Notes: a model not told the origin generated them from the letters alone. Shown: positions 31,026 to 41,323, counted from the first letter of the stretch. The stretch is DNA of 64,000 bases from Candidatus Bathyarchaeota archaeon (GCA_963733055.1 CAVTBR010000001.1:800001-864000), one strand, 5' to 3'. A program made the numbers and translations.

Positions 31026-32770
31026 CCTACAATCATCTCTTTGATTCCAGCTCCGGGCGGCAGCATTGGCAGAACGTTCTCCTCCGGTGAGATTGGGACA
31101 TCGATAACAGTCGTAACTGGAGACCGCATTGCCGTATCGATGGCAGTTTCAAGATCCAGCAGGGTTTCTACTCGAATCCCTTCAGCCCCGTATGATTGAG
31201 CTAGTTTCACGAAGTCCGGTGACTTGCCGAGGTTGGTAGCTGAATATCGTCGATTGTAAAAGAACCGTTGCCACTGAGCCACCATACCAAGCATACGATT
31301 ATTCAGAATAATCACCGTGACAGGAATTTGCTCCTCGATACTCGTAGCGAGCGAGTTTTCCGTCATCTGGAAACTTCCGTCACCGGCAATGTCGAAGACA
31401 GGAAGATCCGGCCTAGCAACCTTGGCGCCTAGCGCTGCGGGAAACCCAAAACCCATTGTGCCCAGTCCACCTGAGCTGAAGAACGTTCTCGGTTCGATCA
31501 CTTGAAAATACTGCTCGCACCACATCTGATGTTGGCCGACCTCGGTCGTTACAATAGCTTCCTTTGGGAGAAATCTGCGTAACATCCTAATTGTTTCGGC
31601 TCCGCTTAGGCACGAGCCGTTTCCATCAAGCTCGGTCTTCGCCATCACCACCACTTCTTGAGCGCGTTTGACCCAAGCATCGCGCTCCCCGCGCAGTGCC
31701 CCCGCTTCGATTTCGCGGATCAGAGCCTGCAAAGCCTTCTTCGCGTCAGCGACCAAGCTGATTACTGTAAGCTTGTGATTCTTTCCGACCTCGGACTTGT
31801 CTGCGTCAATGTGAATGACCTTGGTGTTCGGTGCGAATTTCTCGATCTTACCGGTTGTCCTGTCGGAGAGCCGCGAGCCTATCACTAACAACACATCGCA
31901 TTCGGGGATGAGTTTGTTCGTGCGCTCGGACCCATGCATACCCATGCAGCCGAGTGAGAGAGGATGGTTCTCTGGAAACGCCCCCTTTCCCATGAAAGAG
32001 GTTACAACTGGTGCCGCTAGGAATTCAGCTAAGGCTTGGAGTTCGCGGTAAGCATTAGCCATCTTTACTCCACCTCCCGCGAGGATGACGGGACGTTGTG
32101 CGTTGAGAATCGCACGTGCGATGGTTTTCACGGCCACGGGGTCCGGGTCGAGCAGTGGTTGGTAGTTTGGAAAATCGACCCGCTCCGGGAATTCGACTTC
32201 GTCTTCACCCTGCTGAACGTCTTTTGGAATGTCCACTAAAACCGGTTGAGGCCTTCGAGTTGTCGCCAAATAGAAGGCCGCCTTAATTGAGTAGGGCACG
32301 TCGCGGACGCGGAGTGGTTGAAAGGTGTATTTTGTTACGGATGTAGCCATCCCAACGATATCGGTCTCTTGGAAAGCGTCCGTTCCAATCATGTAGGACG
32401 GAACTTGACCTGTGACTGCCACAACGGGAGATGAATCCATGTACGCAGTAGCCAAACCAGTCAGGAGGTTGGTAGCACCAGGGCCCGAGGTTGCCATACA
32501 AACCCCGACCTTCCCAGAAGCACGCGCATAACCGTCGGCCATATGGGCCGCGGACTGTTCATGCCTTGCAAGAATGTGTCTCAGACTCTTTTCATTCAGC
32601 GGAGTGTATCTAAACGAATCACAATCGTACAGGGCATCGTAGATTGGCATGTTCGCTCCGCCGGGATGCCCAAAAACGACTTCCACTCCCTCCCGTAGTA
32701 GCGCTTCCACAGCCGCATGGGCTCCGGACATTCTTGTCAAGTTTAGAGTCAACTCTTGTTTTTTATGCAC
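31022..32770 (-). CDS. ilvB: Acetolactate synthase large subunit
   Basis: RHEQSAAH, TSGPGATN, DAFQETD, GMHG, VGQHQMW and GDGSFQM. GGAGG lies 6 nt before GTG 32770. Confidence 0.96.
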   Translation of the reverse strand: MHKKQELTLNLTRMSGAHAAVEALLREGVEVVFGHPGGANMPIYDALYDCDSFRYTPLNEKSLRHILARHEQSAAHMADGYARASGKVGVCMATSGPGATNLLTGLATAYMDSSPVVAVTGQVPSYMIGTDAFQETDIVGMATSVTKYTFQPLRVRDVPYSIKAAFYLATTRRPQPVLVDIPKDVQQGEDEVEFPERVDFPNYQPLLDPDPVAVKTIARAILNAQRPVILAGGGVKMANAYRELQALAEFLAAPVVTSFMGKGAFPENHPLSLGCMGMHGSERTNKLIPECDVLLVIGSRLSDRTTGKIEKFAPNTKVIHIDADKSEVGKNHKLTVISLVADAKKALQALIREIEAGALRGERDAWVKRAQEVVVMAKTELDGNGSCLSGAETIRMLRRFLPKEAIVTTEVGQHQMWCEQYFQVIEPRTFFSSGGLGTMGFGFPAALGAKVARPDLPVFDIAGDGSFQMTENSLATSIEEQIPVTVIILNNRMLGMVAQWQRFFYNRRYSATNLGKSPDFVKLAQSYGAEGIRVETLLDLETAIDTAMRSPVTTVIDVPISPEENVLPMLPPGAGIKEMIVG

Positions 32771-32804
32771 CCCGCCCCTCCGAACAACTAAGCTGGAGGA
32801 CGGG
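32771..32804 (-). promoter_or_regulatory. Hairpin sequestering the ilvB Shine-Dalgarno (candidate translational attenuator)
   Basis: Minus strand CCCGTCCTCC-agcttagttgttc-GGAGGGGCGGG-GTG. Confidence 0.7.
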
Positions 32805-32879
32805 CTATTGAAGGACGATAATGTCTACAAGCGAAGTCAGTAAGTTCAGAATGCTAAACTGAGGCGAATGGTTTGTCAA
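32805..32879 (-). CDS. Putative ilv-leu operon leader peptide (24 aa)
   Basis: TTG start, MTNHSPQFSILNLLTSLVDIIVLQ*. 10 of codons 10-23 are Ile/Leu/Val, and the stop abuts the hairpin. Confidence 0.65.
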   Translation of the reverse strand: MTNHSPQFSILNLLTSLVDIIVLQ

Positions 32880-33024
32880 CGCACTCGTAGACCTTGAATT
32901 CAGCCACCATCCGAGGAGCCTCTAATAAGATTATCGAGGGTTCTCGTCAGTCTCACGTCGCTACTAGAACCTGAGTAACCATTTCGTCCCATCTAGTTCC
33001 TTAGCTGTAGTAGGCATGAACTTG

Positions 33025-34695
33025 TCAGTTGACCAAACGACGATTTGCTTGCACTTGTTTCAATGGTGTTTTCTTGGCCGATCCCGTTCTTAGCGCATAG
33101 TTGTAACCATCGACTAGCGCTTCTACACTTGCTTCGATAATGTTTGTCGATGACGCGACCGTCGTCCATGTTCTGCGCTTGTCGAAGAAGTCTATGTACA
33201 CAGCAACTCGGGCCGCTGTTCCCGCTTCCGAGTCGACCTCCCGGACCCTGTAACCAATAAGCATCGCTGAAAACTTCGAACCGAACTTTTCTCTCAACAC
33301 AACGCGAAGACCTTGGTCCAGAGCGTTGACTGGCCCATTGCCTACGGCAGTAGTCTCCAGCACCTTACCCTTGACCTCAACCGCCAGTTTACAGTGTGAT
33401 AATGACTCCTTACTTTGGTTCTGCACAGCAGCGTTCCAATAAAGAACCCTGAAAGGGTCAGATCGCCGAGTCAAAGCGCGCAAGAAGAGAAGCTCTACAG
33501 AAGCTTCCGCGAACTCGAGGTTGCAGCCCAAGGCTTCGAGATGTTTGACGTCCCGAAGGAGGTCTGAGAGTCTTTTGTCAGTCTTGGAGAGGCGGAATCC
33601 AAATCTTTGTGCGGCAGAGAGCAGGCTAGAGCGGCCGGCTTGTGAGGAGACTGTAATGGCTCGTGTATTGCCGAAGGCTTTCGGATCGAAGAATTCGTAC
33701 GCCGCTTCTGTCTTCAGCACCGCGTCCCCATGGACGCCCCCCTTGTGCGAGAAAGCATGTCTTCCGACAAAAGGCTTGTACCTGTCCTCCCGAACGCCGC
33801 TCATCTCGTACGTGAAACTCGACAACGAGGCTAATTTTGAGGTGTCCAGCCCCGTCTTAACGCCCAGCAGGTGAAGGTTCGCAACAACCTCGATTAAGTT
33901 GGCATTACCAACCCTCTCGCCCAAGCCATTCACAGTTCCCTGTATGTGCGAGGCTCCGGCCATCAGAGCGAAAAGTGAGTTAGCTGTGGCAATGCCGCGG
34001 TCGTTATGCGCATGGATCCCAACTGGAACTCCAACTTGACCCACCACGAGTCTAGTTGACTCGTAGATTTCTGATGGGTAGGTCCCCCCTCGCGTATCGC
34101 ACAGAACAAGCGTGGAGGCTCCCGCGTCTTGTGCTGCCTCCAAAGTCGAGAGGGCGTACTCAGGGTCTGCCCTGAAACCATCAAAGAAATGTTCAGCGTC
34201 ATAGATCACGTTCCGTTCGTGCGAAAGTAGAAACTCCACGGAATCACGAATCATTCTTCTATTCTCTTCCAAGGTTGTCCTTAGAACTTTCTCAACTTGA
34301 AAGGTCCAAGACTTGCCGAAGATTGTGACCGTTTCGGTTCCGGCTCTTAGAAGATGCTCGAGGTTACGATCTTCGGACGGATGCGTATCTGCGCGGCGCG
34401 TCATTCCGAAAGCGGTGACGTGAGAGAAATCTTTTTTGTTCAACGATTGCGCGAGTTTGAAAAATTCGCTATCAGTCGGATTCGTTTCGTTGGGCCAACC
34501 AGCTTCAACGTAATCAACTGCGGCAGCAATGAAAGCTCGTGTAACTCTAAGTTTCTGGGTTGAGGTAAAGTTTACACCTACTGATTGATTCCCATCACGG
34601 AGTGTTGTATCGTAAACTTCTACGGATTCAGGGAAATGTCGGGGGAAACTACACTGTTCGGCGACGGCTGTTTTGGATATCGATAAAACGATCAC
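33025..34695 (-). CDS. cimA: (R)-citramalate synthase, bacterial type
   Basis: DTTLRDGNQ, IFGKSW, DAEHFFDG, HAHND, HKGGVH and GNGPVNALD. Confidence 0.88.
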   Translation of the reverse strand: MIVLSISKTAVAEQCSFPRHFPESVEVYDTTLRDGNQSVGVNFTSTQKLRVTRAFIAAAVDYVEAGWPNETNPTDSEFFKLAQSLNKKDFSHVTAFGMTRRADTHPSEDRNLEHLLRAGTETVTIFGKSWTFQVEKVLRTTLEENRRMIRDSVEFLLSHERNVIYDAEHFFDGFRADPEYALSTLEAAQDAGASTLVLCDTRGGTYPSEIYESTRLVVGQVGVPVGIHAHNDRGIATANSLFALMAGASHIQGTVNGLGERVGNANLIEVVANLHLLGVKTGLDTSKLASLSSFTYEMSGVREDRYKPFVGRHAFSHKGGVHGDAVLKTEAAYEFFDPKAFGNTRAITVSSQAGRSSLLSAAQRFGFRLSKTDKRLSDLLRDVKHLEALGCNLEFAEASVELLFLRALTRRSDPFRVLYWNAAVQNQSKESLSHCKLAVEVKGKVLETTAVGNGPVNALDQGLRVVLREKFGSKFSAMLIGYRVREVDSEAGTAARVAVYIDFFDKRRTWTTVASSTNIIEASVEALVDGYNYALRTGSAKKTPLKQVQANRRLVN

Positions 34696-34877
34696 TCATT
34701 AGAACTAGCCTTTTTCGTCGATAGCTATGGCGGTAATAAAAACGTTCGCCATACGCTCTGGGACGAATTGAACCATCCCTTAGAGTGGAATAATCGTGGA
34801 TTCCTTTTCGGACTCGAACACAAACGAGGTCAAGGTCTTCTCGATGCCTCCAATGAGTCTTAGCTTACGCCACCGCC

Positions 34878-35261
34878 CTAGCCACGCAGATAATTGTCTT
34901 TACCTGTAAGCCAATCTTCTCGAGGAGGGCTGAAACAGTCGAGGTCTAGGGAATCCTCAATCGCAACTGCAGCGTGCTCAATGTTCGATGGGATTACTAA
35001 AACCTCGCCTTCTTTCACAATGGTATCTCTTCCGTTTATTGTGAATTTCAGCGCTCCCTTCAGAATAATTGTGATTTGTTCACTCACATGCTTGTGGGGC
35101 GGGACAATACACCCCTTCAATAGGACGATATAGCCGAGCATCTCATTATTTCCCGAGATAATCCTCCTCGAAAGCTTTGGATTTAGCCATTCTTCCTTTA
35201 GATCCGAAAGTTTACAGAATTTGACTTCGTCTTTCACAAATGGTTTTGCATCAGACCCCAA
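34878..35261 (-). CDS. Cupin domain protein
   Basis: PPHKHVSEQ...IPSNIEH...FSPPRED. Confidence 0.85.
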   Translation of the reverse strand: MGSDAKPFVKDEVKFCKLSDLKEEWLNPKLSRRIISGNNEMLGYIVLLKGCIVPPHKHVSEQITIILKGALKFTINGRDTIVKEGEVLVIPSNIEHAAVAIEDSLDLDCFSPPREDWLTGKDNYLRG

Positions 35262-35503
35262 GAAACTAACCTAACTTGAAATGACTGCTCCCACGATATG
35301 TTAGTTTTTCTTTTTCTGGGCTATTCAAGAATAATTCTCTGGCATCACGGACCTTCCAAACCAATGACCGTGATTGCTGATCTTAGAATTAATCAAAGGA
35401 CGATCTTGGGGTTCGGAAAAGACTACGAGTGCCATAGATGATTTTATTTGCTCTTGTCTCAACCCTTCTCCAAACATTACCATTATTCTGCTGGTGTGGA
35501 AGA

Positions 35504-36469
35504 GTGAAGACGATTCTGGTGCATGAGTTTGGGCCTCCTGAAGTTATGCAACTTGAGGAGGTCGAAGATCTTCGTCCGAGGGCAAACCAGGTCGTTGTCC
35601 GTGTGAAAGCCGCGGGGGTCAATCCTATGGATACTTACGTTCGGTCGGGAGGTTATGCAACCATGCCTTCGCTTCCTTATACACCCGGCATCGAGGCTGC
35701 GGGGATTGTCGAAAAGGTCGGCGAGGACGTCAAGAACGTTTCGGTGGGGACGCGAGTTTACACCTCCGGGATTTTCAGTCTTTCATCCTATGCAGAGCAA
35801 ATAGTTTGTGAAGTAGGTGATGTGCACCTTTTGCCGGGCCATTTATCATTCTCAGATGGAGCCGCCGTTGGTGTCGCTTATGCAACAGCTTATAGAGCGT
35901 TGTTTCAACGTGGCCATGCCGCCCCAGGGGAAACGGTGCTGATCCACGGTGCTTCAGGCGGCGTTGGCATAGCCGCCATACAGCTCTCAAGAGCATCGGG
36001 GATGCAGGTGATCGCATCAGCCGGTACTGAAAAAGGCCGAAAGCTCATCCTCGATCAAGGTGCGCCTCACGTTCTCGATCACACAGTATCGGGGCATCTG
36101 GATCAGGTTTTGGAATTAACGGCCGGTCAAGGTGCCGACATCATACTCAAGATGCTGGCAAACGTAAACCTTGGATTTGACCTAAGAGCTCTGGCAAAGG
36201 GTGGACGCGCCCTGATTGTGGGGAGTCGAGGAAAGGTCGACATTGATCCTAGAGATACTATGACTCGAGAAGCCACGATTCTTGGAGTCTATCTCTTCAA
36301 CATGGCAAATCGCGAAAAGGCCATTGCCTATTCCGCTCTCGGCGCAGGGCTGGAGAACAGAAGCTTGCATCCGGTTGTGGGAAAGGAATTTCCTCTAACA
36401 GAAGCACCGCGGTCTCACCGTGAAGTCATGCAACCGGGTGCCTATGGCAAGATCGTGTTGATTCCGTAA
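35504..36469 (+). CDS. NADPH:quinone reductase (zeta-crystallin family)
   Basis: AGVNPMD, YTPG, HGASGGVG and GKIVL; start placed at GTG 35504. Confidence 0.9.
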   Translation: MKTILVHEFGPPEVMQLEEVEDLRPRANQVVVRVKAAGVNPMDTYVRSGGYATMPSLPYTPGIEAAGIVEKVGEDVKNVSVGTRVYTSGIFSLSSYAEQIVCEVGDVHLLPGHLSFSDGAAVGVAYATAYRALFQRGHAAPGETVLIHGASGGVGIAAIQLSRASGMQVIASAGTEKGRKLILDQGAPHVLDHTVSGHLDQVLELTAGQGADIILKMLANVNLGFDLRALAKGGRALIVGSRGKVDIDPRDTMTREATILGVYLFNMANREKAIAYSALGAGLENRSLHPVVGKEFPLTEAPRSHREVMQPGAYGKIVLIP

Positions 36470-36630
36470 CCTATTTGTCAACGTTTCAACGCAGCTCCAA
36501 TAGTTGACTCGCTTTAGCCCTGTTATTTGCATCCAGTAGGCGTGTTCAGTTATCGCGGATTGTGGGGGAGGGAAAATTAGCCTTTAAATGATGCATTTCT
36601 CAGCATGCTACATAGGCGGCTTTAGGTCTG

Positions 36631-37621
36631 GTGTCGGTTCTAACCGATTCTTTTGGGCGCATTGCGCGTAAGCTTCGGATTTCGGTTACGGACCGCTGTA
36701 ACTTCCGTTGCCAGTTTTGCATGCCTATACACCCAGTCTGGTTACCGCACAGCGAGATTCTCAGCTATGAGGAGATTCGGCGTGTCGCATCCCTCTGCGT
36801 AGATATGGGCGTAGAGAACATACGACTCAGTGGCGGCGAACCCCTAATGCGCCGCGACATCGAGGACCTTGTCGCTCTCTTGGCTGACATCCCTAACCTT
36901 CGCCAGCTCAGCATGACAACCAACGGATTCCTCCTATCTGAGAAAGCCGTAGGCCCTAAGACAAGCCGGGTTGAAGGGAATCACAGTAAGCCTTCACAGC
37001 CTCAAGCCCGAAAGATTTAGCCAGATAACGGGAGGCGGAGTCCTCGAAACCGTCGTCGCCGGAATAAAAGCCGCGAAATCAAACGGCTTCAAGCCTCTCA
37101 AAATAAACGCCGTGATCATCCGGGGATGCAACGAAGACGAGGTAGCGGATCTAGCATCGCTCGCCAGGGCGGGCGACGTAACAGTTAGGTTCATTGAGTA
37201 CATGCCTTTCGACGGCCAGCACCATTGGGGCATGGATAAAGTAGTCAGCGGAAACGAGATAATCTTGAGAATTCGAGAACAATACGAATTGGATCCAATC
37301 CCGCGACAAGCCGGCAGCACAGCAAAGCTCTACAAATTCCAAGACGGAAAAGGGGAGATCGGAGTAATCACTTCCATAACCCAACCATTCTGCTCAGATT
37401 GCGACAGAATACGCATCTCCGCGGACGGCAAAATAGTCCCTTGCCTCTTTGACAAAACCGGATTCGATCTTAGGCCCCTGCTCAGAGGCGGAGCCACCGA
37501 TGAAGCCGTCATTAATTTCATGCGCGACGCGATCCTCCGTAAGGCGCCTGGTGTTGAAACATTGCTCAAGAAATATGAACGGCTTGAACACATTCGCCCA
37601 ATGCATACCATTGGCGGTTAG
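36631..37621 (+). CDS. moaA: GTP 3',8-cyclase, +1 indel near 36951
   Basis: LRISVTDRCNFRCQFC, SGGEP, RFIEYMP, FCSDCDRIR...CL and C-terminal IGG. Confidence 0.94.
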
Positions 37622-37750
37622 AAAGCACAGACTATTTTAATAGTGGATTATTCGTCGAACAATCTTAATAGAACGCGAGAGGTTCTTCCCCAGAAAACCA
37701 AAGACAACGTCCTTCACGAGTAATCCAACAATCTTGTTATGGTATGTTCA

Positions 37751-38086
37751 ATGAGTCAGCCGAACCTTGTTCGAATTGGCAAGAAACCCATTATGAACTA
37801 CGTGACAGCCTGCGTGACACTCTTCAATTCGGGCAACGGACAGGTCATGGTCAGGGCAAGAGGCCAAGCAATAGAGAAAGCCATCGACACCGTACAAATG
37901 CTAAAGCACAGCTTCCTCAAAGACGTACGCGTCAAAAGCATAAACCTTGGGTCAGAAGATGTGACCCGCTACGACGGCACTCGAGGCAATATTTCAACGA
38001 TCGAAATCACACTCTCACAAGGAGATGACGAAGAGGAATTTGAGGAAGACGAGAACGTCGAGGTTGAACAAACCACACCCCCTTAG
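37751..38086 (+). CDS. albA: Alba DNA/RNA-binding protein with an acidic C-terminal tail
   Basis: IGKKPIMNYV, RARGQAIEKAID and STIEI. Confidence 0.9.
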   Translation: MSQPNLVRIGKKPIMNYVTACVTLFNSGNGQVMVRARGQAIEKAIDTVQMLKHSFLKDVRVKSINLGSEDVTRYDGTRGNISTIEITLSQGDDEEEFEEDENVEVEQTTPP

Positions 38087-38151
38087 CTTTTCGGCAAAAT
38101 ACTAGCCTTCTCACACTCACTATTGTAGTCACGGAGCGTTATTCCGACTAA

Positions 38152-39162
38152 TCAGAATTTCTCGTCCAGTTGTGCGATATAGCTCTGTTTGACGTTCTCT
38201 TCTAAGAAAGAAGCCTTGAATGAGTTCTTCAAGAGTATGAGAATATCCTGCTCGGTGAGCCTAAGTGCATCAGCAACCGCCTTGTAATTTTCAGCCACAT
38301 ATCCTCCGAAATAAGCTGGGTCGTCGGAATTTATCATCACAAGCAAGCCTAGGTTGAGCATTTTCTTGACTGGGAACTTGTCCATGGAATCAAAGTAGCG
38401 GACTCCGACGCTGGCTAATGGGCAGGCGGTGAGGGGGATTTGTTGCTTCACGAGCTTTTCGACTAGCTTCGGGTCCTCGAGGGAGTGGTATCCATGATCG
38501 ACGCGGGACACTCCCAATAGCTCCAGAGCCTCCCAAACATATGCGGGTGGTGCTTCTTCTCCTGCATGTGCGACGGCCACGAAGCCTGCGTCCCGGGCTT
38601 TCTTGAACACTTCTTGAAACTTACTGGGAGGATTACCAAGCTCTTTCGAGTCCAAACCCACAGCGAAAATCTTGTCCTTGTACGAGAAAGCGTTCTCGAG
38701 CGTTTGCATCGCGGAAGCTGCAGAGAGGTCTCTTAGGAAGCACATTATCAGCTTGGACGTCATTCCCATAGTCTTCTGGCCGTCACTGAGAGCGTGACTT
38801 ATTCCATTGACCGCAGTCTCGAATGGTACTTTCCGGTCGGTGTGTGCTTGGGGGTCGAAGAAGATTTCAGCGTGACGCACTCCTTGGGATGAGGCACGCT
38901 TGAGGTAAGCCATGGTTAGCTCGTAAAAGTCTCGCTCGTGAAGAAGGACGCTCATCGCGTTGTAGTAAATGTCCAAGAATGATTGGAGGTCCGTGAACCT
39001 GTAAGCCTTTCGAACCTCATCCACGGTCTTGTAGGGAAGTTTAACCTTGTTTCGCTGAGCGATCTCAAACATGAGTTCGGGTTCGAAAGTGCCCTCGATG
39101 TGAAGATGTAACTCAGCCTTTGGAAACTCGTAGATCATCCGGTCAATTCTGCTACTTAACAA
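38152..39162 (-). CDS. add: Adenosine/adenine deaminase (ADA family)
   Basis: KAELHLHIEG, FFDPQ, HAGEE, RVDHG and NSDDPAYFGG. Confidence 0.88.
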   Translation of the reverse strand: MLSSRIDRMIYEFPKAELHLHIEGTFEPELMFEIAQRNKVKLPYKTVDEVRKAYRFTDLQSFLDIYYNAMSVLLHERDFYELTMAYLKRASSQGVRHAEIFFDPQAHTDRKVPFETAVNGISHALSDGQKTMGMTSKLIMCFLRDLSAASAMQTLENAFSYKDKIFAVGLDSKELGNPPSKFQEVFKKARDAGFVAVAHAGEEAPPAYVWEALELLGVSRVDHGYHSLEDPKLVEKLVKQQIPLTACPLASVGVRYFDSMDKFPVKKMLNLGLLVMINSDDPAYFGGYVAENYKAVADALRLTEQDILILLKNSFKASFLEENVKQSYIAQLDEKF

Positions 39163-39292
39163 GGCTGCCTCCGGGTTTTGTTTGGAGTGCGTTCATAAAT
39201 CTTTGTCAGGATGGGTTCCGCCGTTCTCCGTAAGTGTCGACAAAGTCTTTTATGCGAACGGCCGTCAAGCATGGCGTTCTAGGGAAGACTGA

Positions 39293-40855
39293 TTGGCTAA
39301 AGGTGCCGTTTTCGTTCGTGAAGCTACCGGCCTGATAAAGAACGTCTCTCTCTTTGACGCCGTCGCTCTAAACATAGCCGACATGTCGGCGGGGGCCGCG
39401 CTTGCCGTTGTAGGTTTCACTATGGTTCTGCTGCCAACCATATCTGGCGTAAACCTCGTGTATGGATCAATCATCGCATTCCTACTTTCTATTCCACAAA
39501 TCATCGTCTACACAATGATGACCCAACGAATACCCAGAACGGGCGGAGATTATGTCTGGCTCTCACGAACCTTTGGCGGATGGTTAGGAGGGTCCCTAGC
39601 ATTCATGGGTCCGGCCCTCAAGACGATGGCGTACTTGGCGCTAATTACGCTTTCAACAATCTTCGCGATTGGTTCGGTAGGCGCCTCTTTGGGTTACACG
39701 AGTTGCGGAATCACCAGCTGCCTTGGTCTCGCTTTGCCTGGAAATATTCAGGGGGCTGATGTAGTGTCCCAGTTTATTCTTGGAGTCATCATCTTCGCCG
39801 TGATGATAGGCGTGAATATTTGGAGGCCTAAATTCGGATACAAACTAGTATCAATATGCACCATAATCGGTGTCGTCACCATAATTGCTGCTAACCTCAC
39901 ACTCCTCTCAGCCGGTAGGACAGGGGTGTCAAGTTACATGGACTTCCTCAACAGCATCGGCGCAAATACGACCTATGCGAAGGTCGCTGCATCTTATACG
40001 GGGTCTACGTTCGACTTCAACGCCACAATTATGATGCTTCCATTCTTCGCAATCTTCGTTTACCCATGGATCTTTGCGGGCCCAGCCGTTGCATCTGAAC
40101 TCAAAGGCGGAAATAAGACTCTGAAATGGAATATCCCAATCGCAGCCCTCATCATATTCTTACTCGTGACGGGCTCCTTCGCAACAATGTACTATGTAGG
40201 AGGATTCGAATTCATTACGGCTGCCCTTGCCAACTCTACTTTGGTGTATACATACTCGTTCAATTTCTGGACTCTAGCGATGGGCGTCGCCAACAACGTC
40301 GCCTTGGCTTGGTTCATCGGGCTGGGATGGATTCTCTGGAACGTCGCCATCCTCGCATACGGAATAATTCTTGTTTCTCGGTATCTATTTGCTGAAGCAT
40401 TCGACCGATTCCTACCATCAAAAATCGCCTACGTAACTCCCAAGTGGGGTTCTCCGGTGGTCGCACACCTGATCGATCTCATCGTAGTAGTATTCCTAAT
40501 CGGTGGCGCCTCCTTCCTCTATGGAACTTTAGTATCCCTTTACGGAAGCGTCATCGCCTCGATGATTTACTTCGCATGCATCGGAGTAGCAGGGGCGGTG
40601 TATGGGGTTAGGAAAGAAAAGGGACAAGCGAAATGGTTGCTAGTATCCTGCGGAACCTTCACCGCACTCGTATTTCTATACCTGCTTTACCAGTTCCTAG
40701 CGTTTCCCTCGGTCTGGGGTGGAAACCCGTTCGCCTACTCCTACGTGGCCGCTTCATTTCTAACGGGGTTGGTTCTTTACGGGGTTTCTAAGTACTACCA
40801 CGGAAAACGAGGAATCGACATATCGCTCGCCTACAAAGAAATCCCGCCAGAATGA
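39293..40855 (+). CDS. Archaeal APC-family permease
   Basis: FVREATGL, PRTGGDYVW, FDRFLP and C-terminal EIPPE. Confidence 0.88.
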   Translation: MAKGAVFVREATGLIKNVSLFDAVALNIADMSAGAALAVVGFTMVLLPTISGVNLVYGSIIAFLLSIPQIIVYTMMTQRIPRTGGDYVWLSRTFGGWLGGSLAFMGPALKTMAYLALITLSTIFAIGSVGASLGYTSCGITSCLGLALPGNIQGADVVSQFILGVIIFAVMIGVNIWRPKFGYKLVSICTIIGVVTIIAANLTLLSAGRTGVSSYMDFLNSIGANTTYAKVAASYTGSTFDFNATIMMLPFFAIFVYPWIFAGPAVASELKGGNKTLKWNIPIAALIIFLLVTGSFATMYYVGGFEFITAALANSTLVYTYSFNFWTLAMGVANNVALAWFIGLGWILWNVAILAYGIILVSRYLFAEAFDRFLPSKIAYVTPKWGSPVVAHLIDLIVVVFLIGGASFLYGTLVSLYGSVIASMIYFACIGVAGAVYGVRKEKGQAKWLLVSCGTFTALVFLYLLYQFLAFPSVWGGNPFAYSYVAASFLTGLVLYGVSKYYHGKRGIDISLAYKEIPPE

Positions 40856-40963
40856 ACACCAAACGATAAGGCGTCCCTCCCAAATTATTACACGGAATCG
40901 CTTCGCACTAACGCCGTTTGCGCGATTCCGTTAACTTCTCTCATAACTCACAGAAACCGACAG

Positions 40964-41323
40964 GTGGCTTCTTTGACAAACAGCGAAGAATTAGCGAACA
41001 AGATCCGGGAAGCGTTCTCACGGATTCGAAACGTCGAAGAGAAGAAAATGTTTGGCGGCGTGGCTTTCATGGTCAACGGGAAGATGTGCGTGACCGTACG
41101 AGATTCCAGAATAATGTGTCGCGTCGACCCTATGAAGCACGCGGAATTGATCCGCAGGAAGGGATGCCGCACCATGACGATGAGAGGTCGAGAGTACAAA
41201 GGTTACGTCTTGGTTGAAGAGAGAGCGTTAAAAACACGAAACGCCCTTCACTATTGGGTGCAGCTCGCGCTCGACTTTAACGAAAGAGCAAAAGCATCTA
41301 AGAAGAAGATAAAGACGAAATAG
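40964..41323 (+). CDS. TfoX/Sxy N-terminal domain protein
   Basis: EKKMFGGVAFMVNGKM...GYVLV...WVQLA. Confidence 0.85.
   Translation: MASLTNSEELANKIREAFSRIRNVEEKKMFGGVAFMVNGKMCVTVRDSRIMCRVDPMKHAELIRRKGCRTMTMRGREYKGYVLVEERALKTRNALHYWVQLALDFNERAKASKKKIKTK

Noticed and set aside
32771-32804. Intrinsic terminator reading of the ilvB leader hairpin
   Set aside because: On the coding strand it is followed by the start codon and an A-tract, not a U-tract.
32854-32910. Alternative 18-aa uORF MVAEFKVYECVDKPFASV*
   Set aside because: Its ATG is only about 11 nt from the TATA-like box, so it probably lies upstream of the TSS. It ends far from the hairpin and has no Ile or Leu codons.
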